Source: the human T2T-CHM13v2.0 reference genome, Homo sapiens
Reading direction: 5' to 3' (one strand)
DNA length: 64,000 bases
NCBI RefSeq assembly: GCF_009914755.1
Contig: NC_060931.1
The notes beneath the pieces were generated by a model. The model was not told the origin of the DNA. It ran no database searches and saw only the letters and a program-made list of their open reading frames with translations. Both the position numbers and the translations under genes were made by a program. The stretch's first letter is position 1; the number at the start of each line of letters is the position of its first letter. Below are positions 55,901-64,000 of this stretch, in pieces.

Positions 55901-58015
55901 TGTTTCCAGCATAAAAACAAAACAGCTTCCACTGAAGCTTTTCAGGGTTTTGGAAGCAGAGTGGGTGTGCTCCCTGAGACCCCCAGAAAGGCCACCTGCC
56001 AAGATGAAGGGCTTAATAACTAATTTTTATCTGTTATCTTTGTAGTGTCCCTGGGCAATACTTGAAGACTGCGAGAAAGAGATCAGAACTGGATGCACCT
56101 TCAGTAAAGTGCTGGAAGAGATAAAAGACACTAAACTTCCTGAGAGAAACTAAAGTAGTTTCCTATCATACTGTCCACTAGAATATTTTTTCCTCGGGCC
56201 AGACTGAAGGCAGCTGTGAAGCAGAGCCATTGAGAGAGAAATGAGAGATTGAGAGATCAGTGGTCCTATTGCAAATGACCACTGTACTGGAGTTGCTCAC
56301 CAGCAAACATCTGAGCCATCTCCACTAGCAGTTGCTTGAGGGCTGCACCTACAGAGCTTTTAAGCTCAGAAAAGCTCAATAAAAGCTCAGAAAAATTTAT
56401 GAAAGGATTATAAAGTGAAAACTTTTTACTCTCAATCTTGCATAGAGAGAAAAAGATATCCAGTGTAAAATTAGTTTTCCAAAGAATAATGATAAAAGAA
56501 AATAACAGGTGTGTTAAAGGAACTAAAATGATCTTGACAGTTTGCAAGAAATAATGAAGCAAATAGTATTATTCACTTTAATTATTCCATTTAGGATTTA
56601 TAGCTTGGCAAAACAAACTGAAAAATAAGGAAAAGGAGGAAGAGTCCCTTTGCATCGCTGCCCAGATTTCTGTCAGATATGTCTAAGCACAGGCTTTCTC
56701 AACCAGGGCTGGCTAGCGGCCCTCGGGCTTTCAGATAAACACTGATTCTTAAGGAATTTCTCAGCAGCTTGGGGAGTGAGCAGTTTGCACTGGAGCTGAC
56801 ACAGGTGTGTATGTCATTAACCCCAACAAGATCTTCAGACAGAGAAGCCATATATAACTGTCCTAGCACTGCTCAGTAGCACCTCTGGGCATAGTAAGGA
56901 AGAGAATAATAGTGTTGGTGTATGGTATTATTTTCCCTTTCTAGAAAAATTTTCTGTCTGGGATTATCACAACTCTGCTACTATTAGAAAACATATATAT
57001 ACTTATATACACATTATTTCTCTTCCAAATTTTCTTATAGTGGTATGTTCTGAATGTGTAAAAACAATTCTTGTCTAACAGAATTTGAGTGTCTTACCAA
57101 GTATGTTGTCGGGGGTATTTATAAGGCAAATATTGGGTGCTCTTGTCTTATTCATCAGTAATTTAAAAATCTAATTTTTCAGAAAAAGATCTAGAACACT
57201 GATTAGTGGACATTACAAAAAAGATCATTAGTTTGCTGATTTCACCATATAACTAAGTCTTATCAACTGAATTATTATTTCTCAGAGGGAAAAGGAAGGT
57301 AATGTTTAAAGGAGGATCTCTGTTCAAGGGAATAATTTTTCTTTATTCTTGATATCTGAACAGAACCCAGCTAAGGATTTGGAGCTAATTGAAATGGTAA
57401 AATGTATAATATGGGTGAAAGATAAAGCAATTTATATTCATAAAAATATTTTAGAAGAAATAGAAGTCATGATTTTTAAGCATAAGTGAAGGAATTATCC
57501 TAGAATAATGTGTGTGTCAGAAGGTGAAAATGGTGACTATGTAGGTACAATTTCATGCCAAATATCTGTTTTCTCCATAAGTAGGAAGGGAATACCACCG
57601 CAGGTCTGAGTGAAGCCAGTCTTAGGAGCATGGCAGGTTGGAGTTGAAGGGAATAGGAGAGGTGGCTGGCATTTTATTTACAGAAACATCCTAATTTCTT
57701 CAATCTCTAAGCTTAAAAATAACAATTTCTCTTTATTAAAAATTTCTTAGTATATGAGTTACTTCTGTACAACTAAAATTTTGTAAGGCCCCCTTTGAGA
57801 CCTTATGCCATTCTACTTTATTTATCCCCAATTTTCATATGTAACTTCAGACATCCCAGTAGTTAGGTATAAGGCAATTACACATTGACCCCTCTAACTG
57901 GCTTTCAGATACCAAATGAGCTACCATGAGCAGAATTATGACCATTTCAAGCTGTTTCCTAGTGACACTACCTGCAACCCAAGAACTCCTTTTTGTAGGT
58001 CATTATATTTATTAA

Positions 58016-58388
<373 letters not shown>

Positions 58389-60886
58389 AATATTTTAATT
58401 TTTAATGCTTTGTTTTGAATTTTTATAAAATTATTGGTATACAGAAAAATAAAAATAATGCCACTAGTTTTAAAAATCATCTCATAAACTTAATATGATA
58501 AGATAAAGCAGAAATAATGAAACAAATATTTGGTGTTTTAAATAGTGAACCTTTAACTATCAATTGCATTCTAATTTGAATTAAGCCAGATAATGTATCA
58601 ATTTTGAGTAAAGTACATAAGCTAAAGAACAGGCACAGGATGCTAGAGCTAAAGAATTTTAAAAAATGTGTAAAGGAGGAGGCAGTGTTAATAAATTTTA
58701 ATTTTTATGTAATTGTGTATTAACATGCATTTGAAATAGTACAGAGATTTGTTGTATTTTTTTACCCAGTTTCTTCAATAACTTTTTGTAATAATATACT
58801 AAAAAATCAAACCAAGAAATTGACATTGGTGAAATTCATTGGAATTATTCAGATTTCAACAGTATTCATGCACTCATAATTAAGGGATTGAATAATTCTT
58901 TTTTAAATTAATAAACTTTTTTAGAGCAGTTTTAGGTTCACAGCAGTGTTCAGCAGAACATACAGTTAGAATTCCCATATACCTCTGTTTCTAAACACCA
59001 CAACCTTCCTCACTATCAACATCCCAAACCATAGTGATAAATTTGTTACAATCAATGGAAGTACATCTACAAATTGTTGTCAAAGCCCATAGTTTACATT
59101 AGGATTTACTTGAGGTGGTGTACATTCTATGGATTTAGATCAATGTTATAATGACTCCTATCCACTGCTGTAGTATCATACAGAACAGTTTCTCTGCCTT
59201 ACAAATTTTCTGTGATCTGCATACTCATACCTTCCTGTCTGCTAACCTGTGGCAACCACTAATATTGTCATCATAATTTTGCTTTTTCCAGAATGTCATA
59301 TAGTTGAAATCATGCCGTATGTAGACTTTTAAGATGGTTTATTTCATTTAGTAAAAGGCATTTAAATTTCCTTCTTGTCTCTTCATGGCTTGATAGCTAA
59401 TTTCTTTTCATTGCTGAAAAATATTCTATTGCCTGATGTACCCCAATTTTTTATCTATTCATCCTATTGAAGGCCTTCTTGGTTGCATCCAACTTTTGAC
59501 AATTGAGGATAACGCTCCAATAATAAACATCCATGTAATAGCTTTTGTGTGAGCGTAAGTTTTCAGTTCATTTGGGTAAACGCTAAAGAATGCAATGACT
59601 GGATCTTATATTTATTTTGTAAGAAACCACAATTCCAAGGGAGCTGCACCATCTTTCATTCTCATCCCCAATGAATGAGAGTTTCTGTTGTTCCACATCC
59701 TCACCACCATTTGGTGTTGTCAGTGTTTTGGATTTTGGCCATTCTAAAATATGTGTAGTGGGATACCAGTACTGTTTTAATTTGAAATTCCTAATTGCAT
59801 ACAATGTTGAACATCTTTTCAAATGCTTGCCATCTGTACATTTTTTGATGATGTATCTGTTCAGGTATTTTGCACGTTTCTTTTATCCATTGGTTTGTTT
59901 TCTTATTGTTGAATTTTAAGAGTTCTTTGTGTACTTTAGATAACTTCCTTTATCAGATGTACCTTATGCAAATATTTTCTTTCAGTCTATGGTAAAGTAC
60001 AGCTTATCACTTCTTTCTTTTATGCATTGTACCTTTAGTGTCATATCTAAAAAGTTATTGCCATACCCAATGTCACCTATATTTTTTCCCATTTTATTTT
60101 CTAGAGGTTTTATAGTTTTCATTTTACATATAGATCTATGATCCACTTAAAATTAGTTCTTATGAAGGGTGTAAAATCTGCAGGTAAATTCATTTTATTG
60201 CATGTGGATGTCCAGTTGTTCCATCATCATTTGTTGCAAATGTCTTTATTCCTGGATTGCCTTTGCTCTTTCGTCAAAAATCAATGGGCTACAATTATTG
60301 TGTCAATTTCTGGGCTATCTATTCTATTCTACCAATCTGTCTCTTCTTCCTCCAATACAACACTGTCACTATTACTGGAGCCTTCTAGTAGTTCTGGAAG
60401 TCAAGTAGTGTCAATACTCCTACTTTGCTTTCCTCATTCAATGTTAATTTGGCCATTTGGGGTTGGATTTTCCATACAGACTTTAGATTTAGGTTGTCAA
60501 TATCCACAAACTAACTTTCTGAGCTATTGTTTGGGATTGCATTTAATCTGTAGATCACGTTGGGAAGAATTGGAAACCTGACAATATTGAGTCTTCCTGC
60601 ACATGAATATAGAATTTCTCTTCATTTATTTTGTCCTTCTTTTGTTTCATCAGAGTTTTGTAGTTTTTCTTTTATAGATCTTGTACATAGTTTTTTAGAT
60701 TTATACCTCAGTATTTTATTTGGGCAGTACTAATGTAAATAGTACTGCATTTTAAAAAACTTTAAATTTTCTAAATTGTATTTATTATTTTTATAAATGT
60801 ACTTAAAATTATTTATTGCATTCTCGTTGCCATCAGGTAAAATATACACACCTTATTAAGGTTTATCAATTGTATTATTTCTATTT

Positions 60887-61395
60887 CAGTGCTTCTCAAA
60901 TGTTAAAGTGTGTTAGGAATCACCTGGGGATCTTGCTAAATGCAGATTCAAATTTAGTATGTGTTACAGTTTAAATGTATCCCCTCCCAAATTCATGTTG
61001 AAACTTAATCTCCATTGTGGTAGTATTAAGAGTGAGGCCTTTTGGGAAGTGATTAAGTTGTAATGTCTCCACCCTTGTAAATGGATTAGTGCCTTCTAAA
61101 AGCTAAGGAACTAGCTTAGGCCTGTTTTTGTTCCTCTTCCACTGCCACGTGAGGAAACAGTGGGGCATCGTCTCGAAGCAGACAGTAGCCTTTAACTGAT
61201 GCTAGACCTGCTGGTGCTTTGCTTTTGGACCTCCCAGCTTCCAAAATGATGAGAAATTCATTTCTGTTGTTTGTAAATTATCCAATCTGTGGCACAGTGT
61301 CATAGCAGCACAAATTAACTGACACAGAAAGTCTGCAGAGACACCTGAGAGTCGACATTTCTATGAGCTCCTAGGTGATGCTGACCACTTCTGAA
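60887..61395. mobile_element. MER5A1/MER5B split by an MSTD-like LTR
   Basis: 'cagtgcttctcaaa..gaatcacctggggatcttgctaaatgcagatt' and, after the LTR, 'catttcta..agctcctaggtgatgctga'. Confidence 0.8.
60962..61326 (+). mobile_element. MSTD/MLT1A1-like solo LTR
   Basis: 'aaattcatgttgaaacttaatctccattgtggtagtattaagag' and 'ggaactagcttaggcc'; TG..CA ends. Confidence 0.85.
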
Positions 61396-62659
61396 CTCTC
61401 AATATATGCTTCATAATAAACTAAGGAAAATTATGCTGGAACTGTACTCACAAACGTTAACATTCAGTTGGACTGAAGTTTTTTCACAAGTTCACTGAAT
61501 GGTTTGAGCCAGTTGTAGTCGATAGCTACTACCTGTTTCACTTTTTGCTTCTTTTAACTCACATTGTGCACTCTGGTGTTGTATCTTTAATTTCAAATTC
61601 CACTTTCTCATTACTGTTATAAAGGAAAGCGATTGTCTTTTGTATATTAACTTCGTATTCTGTAACCAACCTGTAACTATTTATTTTCCAGAAGTTATTT
61701 TCTGGATTCTTTTTAATTTTCTACATAATCATGTTTTCTACAAAGATAGTTTTATTTCTTTTTTCCTGTTAGGTCTAACATTCATTTGTTTTTCTTATCC
61801 TATTTGATTAGCTAAGACTTCCAACAAAATGTTGAAAAGCTCTGGTGGGAGGGGACATCCTTGTCTTTTTCTTGATCTTAGGAAAAATGCTTTAAGTTTC
61901 TTATTAAGTATGATGTTCACTATAGGCTTTTTGTAGATGATCTTATTCAAGATGTGAAAGTCCCCTTCTATTCTTAGTTTGCTGAGGGTGAGTGTTAGAT
62001 TTTTGTCAAGTGCATTTTCTGCATTGATTGATATGATCATACGATTTTTTTTCTTTTTAGATTGTTGATATGATGGATTACATTACTTGATTTTCCAATG
62101 TTGAACCAGCCTTGCATGGCTGAGATAAATCTCATTTGTATGTGATGTATTATTTTTTGTATGTATTATTGGATTTGATTTGCTAATATTTTGTTGATGA
62201 TTTTTGCAACCATGTCATGATAGACATTTGTCTGTAGTTTAATAATTTCTTCTTCTGGTTTTAATAGTAGAGCGATGGTTACCTCATACAATGAGTTTGG
62301 AAGTATTCCCCTCTGCTTATACTTTGTAGATTAGACTGCAAAGAATTGGCATAATTTCTTCCCTAAATATTTGGTAGAATTCACTAGTGAACATATCTGG
62401 GCCTGGTGTTTCCTCTCTTTAAAAGTTGTTAATTATTGATTAAATGTTTTAAAAGATATAGACCAATTAATATCTATATCTTCTTATGTGAACTTTGGCA
62501 GATAATTATGTCTTTCAAGGAATTGATTCATTTCACCCAGTCTATCAAATATGTGTGCATAATTTTGCTCATAGCATCCCTTTATTATCACTTAAATGCC
62601 TGTGGGATTTTAATGCTGTCTTTCTGTCATTTCTCTTATTAGAAATTTGTGTCATCTTT

Positions 62660-63240
62660 CCAACCCACAGAGTAGGAGAAAATCTTCACAATCTATTCAT
62701 CTGACAAAGGACTAATATCTAGAATCTACAAGGAACTCACAAAATTATCAAGAAAAAAACAAACAATCCCATCAAATAGTGTGCTAAGAATATGAATAGA
62801 TGATTCTCAAAAGAAGATATACAAATGGCCAACAGACATATGAAAAAATGCTCAACATCACTAATTATCAGGGAAATGCAAATCAAAACCACAACGAAAT
62901 ACCACCTTACTCCTGCAAGAATGGCCATAATAAAAAAATCAAAAAATAACTGATGTTGACATGGATGCAGTGAAAAGGGAACACATCTATACGGCTAGTG
63001 GGAATGTAAACTAGTACAACCACTATGGAAAACAGTATAGTTTCCTTGAAGAACTAAAAGTAGAACTACCATTTGATCCAGCATACCATTTGATCCAGAT
63101 AGTGGGTATCTACCCAGAGGAAAAGAAGTTATTATACAAAAAAGATACTTGCACAAGCTTGTTTATAGTAGCACAGTTCACAATTGCAAAAATATGGAAC
63201 CAACCCAAATGCCCATCAATCAATGAGTGAATAAAGAAAC

Positions 63241-63316
<76 letters not shown>

Positions 63317-63868
63317 TACTACTCAGCAATAAAAGAAATGAATTAATGGCATTTGCAGCAACCTGGATGGGATTGGAGGCTTGTTTTAAGTGAAGAAACT
63401 CAGGAATGGAGAATCAAACATCTTTATGTTCTCACTCATAAGTGGGAGCTAAGCTATGAGGATGATACGATGGACTTTGGGGACTCAGTGGGGAAAGGGT
63501 AGGAAGGGTGTGAGGGATAAAAAACTAAAAATTGGGTTCAGTATATAATGTTCAGGTGATGGGTGCACCAAAATCTCACAAAATCACCACCAAATAACTT
63601 ACTCAGGTAACCAAATACCACTGTTTTCCAAAAACCTATGGAAATAAAAATAAATAAGTAAATAAATAAATAAACTACAATAAGATATCATCTTTCCTCA
63701 TTTAAAGTGGATTTTATCCAAAAGTAAGGCAATAACAAATGCCTGCCAGGATGTGGAGAAAAGGGAACCGCTGTACAGTGTTGGTGGGAATGTAAATTCA
63801 TACAACCACTATGGAGAACAGTTTGGAGGTTCCTCAAAAACTAAAAATAGAGCTACCATAAAAAAAAA
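62660..63868 (+). mobile_element. L1PB1-like 3' fragment (62660-63674) plus a transduced L1MA-type segment (63675-63860) and a second poly-A
   Basis: The whole unit is flanked by agaaatttgtgtca(t/c)cttt at 62641-62659 and 63869-63887. Confidence 0.9.
63241..63313. repeat. (TG)n(TA)n microsatellite inside the L1PB
   Basis: Directly visible; about 30 uninterrupted TA units. Confidence 0.98.
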
Positions 63869-64000
63869 AGAAATTTGTGTCACCTTTGTTTTCTGCTTTG
63901 TTAATCTGACAAGCAAGTAATCCATCTTATGGACCTTCTCAAAGAATCAGCCTTTGGTTTTGTTGATTTTCTGTATTGATTCCTTGTTTTCATTTTCATA

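Larger units (their letters stand above)
58900..64000 (-). mobile_element. L1MC1/2-type element (3' end at ~58900), interrupted at ~60756-61573 and 62660-63868
   Basis: 3' end 'ttttagagcagttttaggttcacagca'; antisense ORF2 text resumes after each insertion. Confidence 0.85.

Noticed and set aside
60138-60581. 147-aa ORF
   Set aside because: Antisense reading of degenerate L1MC ORF2.

Overview
This is primate (human/great-ape-like) genomic DNA, not microbial: it carries AluY, AluS and AluJ elements, an L1PA2-like copy, THE1/MST/MLT LTRs and mammalian DNA-transposon fossils. I can support no protein-coding exon; the ORFs in the supplied track are explained by repeats or GC content. The one clear gene-related structure is a CpG island (~7.0-9.05 kb) holding an ATG-free, minus-strand first-exon candidate (~8790 to 8490) that ends in a perfect CAG|GTAAGT donor. 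Positions 1-8489 would then be intron 1 of a leftward gene I cannot name, and the remaining ~55 kb is AT-rich, L1/LTR-rich upstream DNA. The most interesting signals are: (i) two minus-strand microexon-like units with strong splice sites, 14 nt at 5464-5477 (also readable as a recursive AG|GTAAGT site) and 31 nt at 30500-30530; (ii) an L1PB insertion with a 3' transduction enclosed by a 19-bp target-site duplication (TSD); (iii) three 5'-inverted L1s of very different ages; (iv) a THE1 collapsed by a microhomology deletion; (v) an old MER5-bearing fragment lodged inside an L1MC; (vi) an AluY without a TSD; (vii) a MADE1 hairpin; (viii) a tandem duplication with a nested 12-mer repeat at the island edge. 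I do not see a demonstrably new biological system. Repeat subfamily names come from recalled consensus sequences and should be confirmed with RepeatMasker/Dfam.
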